DNA from: Antedon mediterranea
Lineage: Eukaryota; Animalia; Echinodermata
Direction: 5' to 3'
Length of the DNA: 64,000 nucleotides
NCBI RefSeq assembly: GCF_964355755.1
Contig: NC_092675.1
Span: 30,290,912 to 30,354,911, forward strand
Numbering within the stretch: the stretch's first letter is position 1; each line of letters starts with the position of its first letter. Below are positions 1 to 11,100 of the stretch, piece after piece. A model generated the notes under the pieces. The model saw only the letters and a program-made list of their open reading frames with translations, was not told the DNA's origin and did no database searches. A program made the translations under genes and the position numbers.

Positions 1-1502
1 TCCACCTTTTCAATGATCATTTTGTTTCTGTTTGGAATAGAATAGATTTATTGATATAATGTTGACCTGGTTAATACAAGCCTTGTCAAATCTACTTCTT
101 ATTTGACCCATTTTTTTAGGCCTTTCTATTTTAAAAATAAAAGTATCTAAAAAGTGATTTTTCCTTACTGTAACTTCGAAATATATAATGCAATAACAGG
201 TGCATGCAGTTGTATTAGCTGTTATATCATCACTATTACTAGTAATAGAGGTTAATGCTAGTCTGATGCTGCTGTTTGGTTTGTGTTTCAGCAACCCTGC
301 ATCTGTTGCCTGGCTGGCTATTCAATGTGTGTCCACCTAGTATTCCTGGCCTTCTGCACATTGCTTGTGGCTGCTCTAACCTCAAACTAACTCAACAGCA
401 AACCTGTTGTTTGGGAGGGGTCTACATCTTACTGAAAGCTTCATTTACAAGGTGTTCAAAAGCCTCAACTATATACAAGGTTCAATGTTTAATATACATA
501 GGTGGTAGCTCCTGTAAAGAACTAAATTAGTGTGAGGAAGCTGAGGCCAAGGGTATCTATTCCAGGAGGTACGTAGTCTGTAGCCACTGTACCCAAAGGA
601 AGGGTTTGTATTTAATTAACACATTATTTAGGATGATTGTATACAAGTTCAAGTTTTACTACTGTTGTCAGACTTGTATCCCTTGGGAAATCTAGTACCC
701 CCGTTCAAGGACCTACGTCCCAGGTGTCTATGCTAACATTTAATGAGTCTTCCCCAAGAGAGTGTGTGTACCCAGGGAGGGTCTACCATAATTTAAAGTA
801 CCTATGTCTCCCTCTGATATCTTGTCAGTGATATTGGTTTGTTGTCAGTGGGTTTGATATTCTCCATGTGTATTTTATTTCTTCCCTTTTAATTACTACA
901 CAATCCCTTGCTAATTCAGGTCACCCTCGATTCTGTCACTATATGCGGCATTAAAACTGTAACATTTTGTCACAATGCTAACCTATCCCCTGGTGGCGTA
1001 GTGGGTTACACCCAATCATAATTATACATCCCGAGCCTGTTTATTATCAAATGTCAACTCTCTCCTCAATCACTGTGTTATTGAAAAAATCAATACTATA
1101 TTTAATCTATTATTAATTATACATTCATATTTAGTTATTTTATCATGTACTTGTACTGTCAAAGGAAAAATATATCTTTTGATAACGATAATTGAGTATT
1201 ATTACTATTTGAATTGAAAATATTGTTTAAAATGAATTTAAATGATATGGTATTTCTAATTTATTTATTTAGAAACACATGAAAAAAGGAAAAAGACTAA
1301 ACAAAGTGTATGTACTGATTGTAGTAATTTCATTTAAGGATTGATTTTCAAGATGGAAACATTTTTTTAGATATTTCATATTACACCAGCCATTTAATAT
1401 GATGTTATAACATAGTATGTTGGTGACGTATTGATACATTTATTGAGCACTGTAGTGTATATATGTACATTGTGTATCTAAAGTAAGCATATGTTTGATA
1501 TT

Positions 1503-1755
1503 ACTGTGATATATAACATAGTGTAGCCCTATCAAAATGCTGTACTGTGATATATAACATAGTGTAGCCCTATCAAAATGCTGTACTGTGATATATAACA
1601 TAGTGTAGCCCTATCAAAATGCTGTACTGTGATATATAACATAGTGTAGCCCTATCAAAATGCTGTACTGTGATATATAACATAGTGTAGCCCTATCAAA
1701 ATGCTGTACTGTGATATATAACATAGTGTAGCCCTATCAAAATGCTGTACTGTGT
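1503..1755. repeat. 41-bp minisatellite, 6 identical copies
   Basis: tactgtgatatataacatagtgtagccctatcaaaatgctg at 1503, 1544, 1585, 1626, 1667, 1708. Confidence 0.95.
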
Positions 1756-2997
1756 AAATTATGTTTACACTGTGAAGCAGTGGCGTGACATAAAGAAATA
1801 AAGCGGCTTGATTAGTGGTGGTATAAGGTACCAGAAAAAGAAAAGTTATTAAGGTATGGTTAAGATTAAGGTTAAGGTTAAGATTAGAAGAATGTTTATT
1901 TCAACAAATTGTTGTGTTTATTGTATCAAAAGTACAACTTTTCTTTGATTAACTGAAAGATGCTAAGAAAATGATTTTAAAACAATATGTAAATAAAGTT
2001 GTACAATGGCATCAATGAAATGAATAATTGCAGAACAATAAATGTATGTTATTACAGCAAGTAGACCCTACAGTACATGTATGATGTGTTTGTCAAATAT
2101 ACCGTAAATCAAAATACTACAGTGCCTATAAGATGATGTTAAATAATATACATAGCAATATTAATGAAAAAAGTTGGCAATTTACCAAAGTACATACAAT
2201 ATTACACTTACATTGATATTTTTCGAAAAAAAGGGCCAAATTTTGACCCTTTTATTTTTTTAACATTAAACTGTAATACTATGACTCTATAAGATGATGA
2301 TAACGCAATACATACGCATATGTAGCAATATTATTGCATAATAATTGAATTTTGAAAAGTTCATATTTTGGGCATTTTATGAAAAAATCCCTGTGCTATA
2401 CTGCCCTGTCATGAAAGAACGACTAAACTGACACATTTTTCAAAAATCACTTTTTTAGCTTTTTGGGCTATTTAGGGAATGATACACCTTGTAGAATATT
2501 CAGATATTCAAAATTTTAACTAGAAATATGAAATTTAAAAATCAAAATATCACTCAATTACAAGTGTGTGTTACTATTGTCACCAAAGACGTCACCAAAG
2601 ACTAACTCAACTAAAAATGCCATGAAAGACACACTCAAATGACATATTAACACCTATTATCATAGGAAACCCATTCAAGTGCACAAAAATGGTGTTAATT
2701 GCACAGCAAGCTGTGTAATGTTGTTGTTTTAAACATAAAATAATTTGGTACTGCCCTACGAATGATTATCAATAATTATTTTATTCAATACTCACTTATT
2801 CAATACTCACTTAAACTTGTTTAGTTATTATTAGAATATTAATTTTATTTCTGGAATATTTAGAATTAAATACCCCGGAGATAGACTATGTGAACACCGT
2901 AATGATATTATTATTGAATATTCTCCCTCTTAAATTAATACTTAAAACTAAAGTAAAAATACAAGAAACATGAAAAACAATTTCAAACAACTATAGT

Positions 2998-5975
2998 TAG
3001 AACCCATTATTCGTCTCTGCGCATGTTTATTATGCAATAGTAACCATTTATGTCAAAATATAAAAGGGTCGAAAATCGGCCATTTTTCGAAAATTTCCCT
3101 GTAGTATAGTACAGGGATTTTTCAAAAAATGGCAAATTTTGGACCTTTTTATTTTTCAATAAAACTGGTTACTATAGCACAATTGACATGCGCAGAACCC
3201 ATTATTCGCCTCTGCGCATGTGTATTATGCTATAGTAACCATTTATGTCAAAACTGGTTACTATAGCACAATTGACATGTGCAGAACCCATTATTCGTCT
3301 CTGCGCATGTTTATTATCCAATAGTAACCATTTATGTCAAAAAATAAAAGGGTCAAAAATCGGCCATTTTTCAAAAATTTCCCTGTACTATAGTACAGGG
3401 ATTTTTTAAAAAATGGCAAATTTTCGACCTTTTTATTTTTCGATAAAACTGGTTACTATAGCACAATTGACATGCGCAGAACCCATTATTCGTCTCTGCG
3501 CATGTTTATTATGCAATACTAACCATTTATGTGAAAAAATAAAAGAGTCGAAAATTGGCAATTTTTCGAAAATTTCCCTGTAGTATAGTACAGGGATTTT
3601 TCAAAAAATGGCAAATTTTCGACCTTTATATTTTTCAATAAAACTGGTTACTATAGCACAATTGACATGCGCAGAACCCATTATTCGTCTCTGTGCATGT
3701 TTATTATGCAATACTAACCATTTATGTGAAAAAATAAAAGAGTCGAAAATCGGCAATTTTTCGAAAATTTCTCTGTAGTATAGTACAGGGATTTTTAAAA
3801 AAATGGCAAATTTTCGACCTTTTTATTTTTCGATAAAACTGGTTACTATAGCACAATTGACATGCGCAGAACCCATTATTCGCCTCTGCGCATGTTTATT
3901 ATGCTATAGTAACCATTAATGTAAAAACTGGTTACTATAGCACAATTGACATGTGCAGAACCCATTATTCGTCTCTGTGCATGTTTATTATCCAATAGTA
4001 ACCATTTATGTCAAAAAATAAAAGGGTCGAAAATCGGCCATTTTTCAAAAATTTCCCTGTACAGGGATTTTTCAAAAAATGGCAAATTTTCGACCTTTTT
4101 ATTTTTCGATAAAACTGGTTACTATAGCACAATTGACATGCGCAGAACCCATTATTCGCCTCTGCGCATGTTTATTATGCTATAGTAACCATGAATGTCA
4201 AAACTGGTTACTATAGCACAATTGACATGCACAGAACCCATTATTCGTCTCTTCACATGTTTATTATGCAATAGTAACCATTTATGTCAAAAAATAAAAG
4301 GGTCGAAAATCAGCAATTTTTCGAAAATTTCCCTGTACTATAGTACAGGGATTTTTCACAAAATGGCAAATTTTCAACCTTTTTATTTTTCGATAAAACT
4401 GGTTACTATAGCACAATTGACATGCGCAGAACCCATTATTCGCCTCTGCGCATGTTTATTATGCAATAGTAACCATTTATGTCAAAAAATAAAAGGGTCG
4501 AAAATCGGCAATTTTTCGAAAATTTACCTGTACTATATATAGTACAGGGATTTTTCAAAAAATTGCAAATTTTCGACCTTTTTATTTTTCGATAAAACTG
4601 GTTACTATAGCACAATTGACATGCGCAGAACCCATTATTCGCCTCTGCGCATGTTTATTATGCTATAGTAACCATTTATGTCAAAACTGGTTACTATAGC
4701 ACAATTGACATGTGCAGAACCCATTATTCGTCTCTGCGCATGTTTATTATCCAATAGTAACCATTTATGTCAAAAAATAAAAGGGTCGAAAATCGGCCAT
4801 TTTTCAAAAATTTCCCTGTACTATAGTACAGGGATTTTTAAAAAAATGGCAAATTTTTGACCTTTTTATTTTTCGATAAAACTGGTTACTATAGCACAAT
4901 TGACATGCGCAGAACCCATTATTCGTCTCTGCGTATGTTTATTATGCAATACTAACCATTTATGTGAAAAAATAAAAGAGTCGAAAATCGGCAATTTTTC
5001 GAAAATTTCCCTGTAGTATAGTACAGGGATTTTTCAAAAAATGGCAAATTTTCGACCTTTTTATTTTTCAATAAAACTGGTTACTATAGCACAATTGACA
5101 TGCGCAGAACCCATTATTCGTCTCTGCGCATGTTTATTATGCAATACTAACCATTTATGTGAAAAAATAAAAGAGTCGAAAATCGGCAATTTTTCGAAAA
5201 TTTCCCTGTAGTATAGTACAGGGATTTTTAAAAAAATGGCAAATTTTCGACCGTTTTATTTTTCGATAAAACTGGTTACTATAGCACAATTGACATGCGC
5301 AGAACCCATTATTCGTCTCTGCGCATGTTTATTATGCAATAGTAACCATTTATGTCAAAAAATAAAAGGGTCGAAAATCAGCAATTTTTCGAAAATTTCC
5401 CTGTACTATAGTACAGGGATTTTTAAAAAAATGGCAAATTTTTGACCTTTTTATTTTTCGATAAAACTGGTTACTATAGCACAATTGACATGCGCAGAAC
5501 CCATTATTCGTCTCTGCGTATGTTTATTATGCAATACTAACCATTTATGTGAAAAAATAAAAGAGTCGAAAATCGGCAATTTTTCGAAAATTTCCCTGTA
5601 GTATAGTACAGGGATTTTTCAAAAAATGGCAAATTTTCGACCTTTTTATTTTTCAATAAAACTGGTTACTATAGCACAATTGACATGCGCAGAACCCATT
5701 ATTCGTCTCTGCGCATGTTTATTATGCAATACTAACCATTTATGTGAAAAAATAAAAGAGTCGAAAATCGGCAATTTTTCGAAAATTTCCCTGTAGTATA
5801 GTACAGGGATTTTTAAAAAAATGGCAAATTTTCGACCGTTTTATTTTTCGATAAAACTGGTTACTATAGCACAATTGACATGCGCAGAACCCATTATTCG
5901 TCTCTGCGCATGTTTATTATGCAATAGTAACCATTTATGTCAAAAAATAAAAGGGTCGAAAATCGGCCATTTTTA
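2998..5975. repeat. Satellite array of 195-bp double-hairpin units with interspersed 89-bp half-units
   Basis: ggttactatagcacaattgacatg recurs at 3167, 3256, 3451, 3646, 3841, 3930, 4117, 4206, 4401, 4600, 4689, 4884, 5079, 5274, 5469, 5664, 5859. Confidence 0.95.
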
Positions 5976-6717
5976 CTAACAGTATGGTGATTGAAATACA
6001 GAAATAGTTGAGAAATATGGATATGTTTTATTGCAGCAATTAATATTATGTACAATACAAATATACAGATCATTTCAAAATATATGTTATATTACATTCA
6101 ATTTCTAATTACAATGCAAATGTATGAAATTCAAATTAGCACCAAAGTGTTTATACGTACTGTGTATATTACAACAAATATATAAAACAAACTGAATATG
6201 CACTCAGCTATTTTAGCTGCTTGCTTAACCTAATTTACAAGCTGCTAAATAAACATACTATTACAGAACGATCCATTCTTGAACATAACATTAAATTGGA
6301 CCAATTCTTAATGGTGGATCATAATTTTTGGATGAAAATAAATCTAAATGTAGATATAGTCTTATATTATGTGGTAATTAATATACTTGTTTGTTTAATA
6401 TCATTTAAATAAAATAACTATTATTACCATCCCATGCTCAAGTATATAATCACACCCCTTAATTAAGGTTTAACAAAAGCTAATTGTTAATGCATTCTGA
6501 ATATAATGACATGTTACTGTTACTAAAACATGAAAACATTTTCTATCCTGCTTGACATTTCAAAATAATAATATTGATAGTAATCAATTGTAATCAGAAA
6601 TTGATAAAACAAAATATAATTAATTATAATATCATTACTTCTTCTTTGATGCATAAATATTGCAAATTTACATTTTTTACAATTATGGAATGATACAGTA
6701 AATACAGTAAATAGAAG

Positions 6718-6773
6718 CAGGGAAGAGTTAAATTACTAATTAATAATTAATTAAGTAATTTAACTTTTCCCTG
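6718..6773. mobile_element. 56-bp micro-MITE, TIR CAGGGAAGAGTTAAATTACT, 7-bp TSD ATAGAAG
   Basis: atagaag|caggg...ccctg|atagaag. Confidence 0.75.
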
Positions 6774-7396
6774 ATAGAAGGTAGCTCTGTGTTTAAAGGG
6801 TAGATCCTGCGTGTATTATAAAATACAAATAAAATATCAGTAAAAGTTAATGCTCGTTCTGCTTGACCGCTGTCCAAAAATAATACAAGTAGGGTTATTA
6901 TAATTGTTTAAATGTTATAACCAACAGATTTTTTATACACGGAGCTATATCAAAGAATAACGCATCTATATAACAATCTATTGCTGGGACTTGTGGCTTG
7001 CGAGTTATAAAGCTGTATTCACTCTTTAGAAGCCCAAGACGTTGTTTGTCAAACAAATAAATGAATTAAATGAAATCTACATGCTTAAATTAAAAATATA
7101 ATACAAATCAACCTAATAAAAAATATAAAAATGGCATAAATGAATCAATATTAAGTAAATTCTGCAACAACTACCGTACCACTACAGATTGCTGTTTGCA
7201 TAGAATTATTAGTAATACCTTGCATACTGTAGGTTTTGGTTTTACAAGATTTATTATTATTATTATTATGTGTATCAAGAAACATAACTTATCAAATAGT
7301 AATAACACTGAAGTAAAGTTAGTGCTATTTTACAAATAATAGTAATCCTTCAGTATCAGAATTAGTATTGTGTAGTGGCCTATCACTGTGGACAGA

Positions 7397-7832
7397 GGCC
7401 CCTGGTTTAGCACTCCTAAAAAGCCCTCCAATGCTGGAATGTTGCATTGGACTGCTCATGCTCTGGGCCCCTGGTTTAGCACTCCTAAGAAGCCCTCCAA
7501 TGCTGGGTTAGTTCCAGTTGGACTGCTCATGCTCTGGGCCCCTGGTTTAGCACTCCTAAGAAGCCCTCCAATGCTGGGTTAGTTCCAGTTGGACTGCTCA
7601 TGCTCTGGGCCCCTGGTTTAGCACTCCTAAGAAGCCCTCCAATGCTGGGTTAGTTCCAGTTGGACTGCTCATGCTCTGGGCCCCTGGTTTAGCACTCTTA
7701 AGGAACCCTCCAATGCTGGGTAGTTGCATTGGACTGCTCATGCTCTAAGGGCCCCTGGTTTAGCACTCCTAAGGAGCCCTCCAATGTTGGGTAGTTGCAT
7801 TGGACTGCTCATGCTCTAGGGCTCCTGGGTTT
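7397..7832. repeat. GC-rich ~71-bp minisatellite (~6 copies) in the putative CPLANE1 3' UTR
   Basis: gggcccctggtttagcactcctaagaagccctccaatgctggg... at about 7397, 7465, 7536, 7607, 7678, 7749. Confidence 0.92.
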
Positions 7833-7976
7833 TCCAGTGAGCGCTCATAGCTGTTACTCCACTCAGCAAGAGCATATCATTGACAACATTGTACTTATTA
7901 AACCAATAATTCGTGCTGACAGCATCGAAACATGAACACTTGTTTGTATGAAAAATATGTAATTTCAGAACAAAGT

Positions 7977-8159
7977 TTACTTGACATCTGCAATCATTTT
8001 GTCGATGGCATCCCACTCAATACTGACAAAGCTTCCACTATTAACAGACGCAATTTCTTCAAGTTCTCTGATGTTGACAGAAGTGGTGTAGTCACTGAAC
8101 TCATCATCCAGGTAAAGGCCAGCAAGGTCATCATCTGATGGATAACCACTCGTTAAAAT
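7977..8159 (-). CDS. CPLANE1: CPLANE1 terminal coding exon (ILTSGY...IEWDAIDKMIADVK*)
   Basis: ttcag acceptor, TAA at 7977-7979; resembles recalled human C-terminal LDWNAIEDMVASVE. Confidence 0.9.
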   Translation of the reverse strand: MLTSGYPSDDDLAGLYLDDEFSDYTTSVNIRELEEIASVNSGSFVSIEWDAIDKMIADVK

Positions 8160-11100
8160 CTGAAGGAAAAAAATTACAGATTGAAATGGGTTACAACAAT
8201 AAGTCATTCTTAAAAGTGGTATGGATGTGGATTCTACAGAAGGTGCAATAAAGCAATGAATGAACTGCCATAGACTATCACCAGATTCTCAACTAACTGT
8301 ATCACAGAATTTGACCATGTTTATATTGCTGACATCTGACAGGAACGAAAATGTCAATACTAGTGTTACATTCATTTGAATGATGGATGGAACTAAAACC
8401 AGGATTGCACCTTGATTGGTCCTAACATTCTCAATATCGTCCAGTGCCTGCCTTGACCAGAAGAAAGGCAATGGCCAATACGTCTGAGGCAGATACTAGA
8501 TACTGTACAAATTATAGATACAGCTACTTATTTGCTAAATTAAAATGCTGGTAGATTTAAAAGGGTAAACAAATATATTGTAATAATACTTGCCCCAGCC
8601 ATGCTATCGTCATTGTCATCACCAAGAATATTTCTGATACTGTCAGATAGGGTCCATGGACTACCCTCACTCACTGATTGGTCATCAAAGTCAGGTGTTC
8701 TCTGCTCTAAATAGGGATGATGACGAGAAGATGGTGTCCGCAGAGGGGCTGCTTTGTAAGCCTTATAAGTTCCTTTTGGTACAGGTTCTGAGAAATAGAA
8801 TGCAATATACTTAATTCATGTCAAGTTTCATAAATATTTTCCAATGAAACAAGTGTGATAGCACACTAACAAATAATGTACTTTAAATGTAAAAAAAACC
8901 ATGATCATACCATATACTGCTTGGTAATGGCTTGTGGTAGCCCCTTCATTTGACAGTTTCAACCGGTTGACATATGTAGATCCCAAGTTCTCTTTTGGTT
9001 TATATGGTAATCCCAACCTAGGCTGAGGACTCACAACAGATTCTCTTGGTCTAAAAGTACCAGACATAGATAGTTGAGCCAATCTTTCTGTGTAAGGTGT
9101 TGATGATCTTGGTTTGCTCTCTGCTTTTAGGCCTCGTCTTTCTACTTGTTGTTTTCTTGTTTCAAGCGTTACAGTTTCAGCTAAACCTATTAATAATAAT
9201 AACATAATAACATGTCATTCTTATATAACACTTCACATTATTACCCCCGTTATTTTTGGACCAAAAATGAATGGAAAAATACTTCCACAATGCAGCCTTA
9301 GCGCAATTGTACTTTGACCGTACCAGATATTCATTTGTACACTTGGGTGGAGAGAGGCAAACATAAGTGTCTTGGCTAAGGACACAAGCAATGCACGAGC
9401 GATGGACTTGAACTCTTGATCTCATAATCAGTATTCCAACATCCAACACATTGTGCTATACACCCTTACTTATTAATGTAGAATATATTTTAAAATATAG
9501 CAAAATAGATATAAGTACATTTGAATTGTAATAAATATATTACATTTGAATTGTGGAGTGAGTGGCCGAGCGGTTAAGACAGTGGAACCGTAATCACGTA
9601 GCCATAACATCGGCAGGGGTTCGAGGCTCACTCACTCCATGGTTCTGGTGGTAGAACGAGTCTTCTCGGATAAGGACTATAAACCGTAGGTCCAGTGTAC
9701 ACAACTTGCTCGTGTGCACTTTAAAGAACCTAGTACATCTTTCGAGATGAGTAGGGGGTTACCCCGGTGTATTAGTACGTCACAGCCACTGATCACCAAC
9801 TGGGCCCTCTGGGAGATCAGTCATTGACTGAAGAGGTCACCCAGTATAAAGATAAAACAAACAAACAATTGTAATAAAAAACAAAGGCAAATACTAACCT
9901 GCAGGACGAGGTTTGATGGGTGTGCGTGTTCTCATGCCTGTCGGTCTATTTGACCTCTCCTTCATGTCTTGTAACCTTTTGGTGTATGGCTTAGGATATC
10001 TTGGAGACCGTCTCTCATTCACCTTTGACATTCCTGGAAGTCGCTTCGTACCTGGATGGTCAACAAAATCAGAATCTAACAAATAAATGTTAACTTGACT
10101 TGGGATGTCATATTTCATGCAGGTCCTGTCTATTAATTTAATACAAAAAATTCTCTTCCCAACAATTATTTAGTAATTTTTTGAAGACGAAAAAATTGAC
10201 AAAATCCAAGCAAGTATTTATTAAGATAATTAAGTTTTTCTGAAAAAAAGGCTAAACTTTTCATGAGAATAAACCATAAATTAACATTAATATAATGTTT
10301 GCTGCCCTCACCATACAACCTCTGTTGTCCTTTCAAACTATGACCATTATTTGCTGGCATTTTACTTTCTTTCTTTACTGCAGTACTGTCTTTCTTCAGA
10401 TTCTGCAACATCTCTGTATATGTCTTTGCCGTTCTTGGCACGACATGTCCTTTCCTGGTGACTGATGGCCTTTGAACTTTGACCAATGCAGTAAACGGCT
10501 TTGGTTTATACATGACTGGAGCAACAGGTTGTTTTTCGTTTTCTTTATCGGTTTCTTTGACATCTTGATCATCACTCGAGCTACTTGGATCGCTAACTTT
10601 CCCTAATTCTTTCAACATCTTTCTCTCCAGTATCATCTGGAGAGATGGCTTTCTCTCACTTGATCTTTGGAGTGGCACACCTCTTTCAAAGCTTTCACGA
10701 AGCTTCATGTAATGCTGCGGGTCAATTTTAGAGCTACGTTTATCATTTTCCTCCGATTCAACATTTTTATATGTTTTATGCGTCTTTTTGGTTTGTAGCT
10801 TTGACGTTGCTCTGACTGGCTTAGCAAGTGTCTTAGGTGGCACTTTCTTTACGTTAGACTCTGGTGAGTTTTTAGTCACTTCTTTCACTTGTGATTGTTG
10901 TGTAAATAATTGGTCCATCAAACTCTTTGCATGTTTTACTCTATCATCATAATCTTCCTCTTCTTTGGTTCTGAAAATAAATAAATAAAATAAATAATAT
11001 TGTTACCTTTAACAAATTTGTCCAACGCTAACTCATGGAGAGAACACCTGGATTGTAGACTTTTGATATTTGTGATTTTATATAGATTTGTATTTTGTAT

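Noticed and set aside
1-830. Short ORFs and a possible RT-like remnant (FNDHFVSV) at the window start
   Set aside because: Too degenerate to call; no consistent frame or splice structure.
3946-5445. Four similar ORFs (KLVTIAQLTCAEPIIRL...)
   Set aside because: Chance frames in the 195-bp satellite (length divisible by 3); stops appear and disappear between units.
2998-5975. CRISPR-like or hammerhead/retrozyme reading of the palindromic repeat array
   Set aside because: No unique spacers, eukaryotic context with no cas genes, and no CUGANGA...GAAA core seen on either strand by eye.
8289-8471. 60-aa minus-strand ORF in the last intron as an extra exon
   Set aside because: No convincing splice sites or homology; the frame is already resolved by the GC donor.
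9555-9640. Possible tRNA gene
   Set aside because: Anticodon and T arms are irregular, there is no oligo-T terminator, and it continues into a SINE body and tail.
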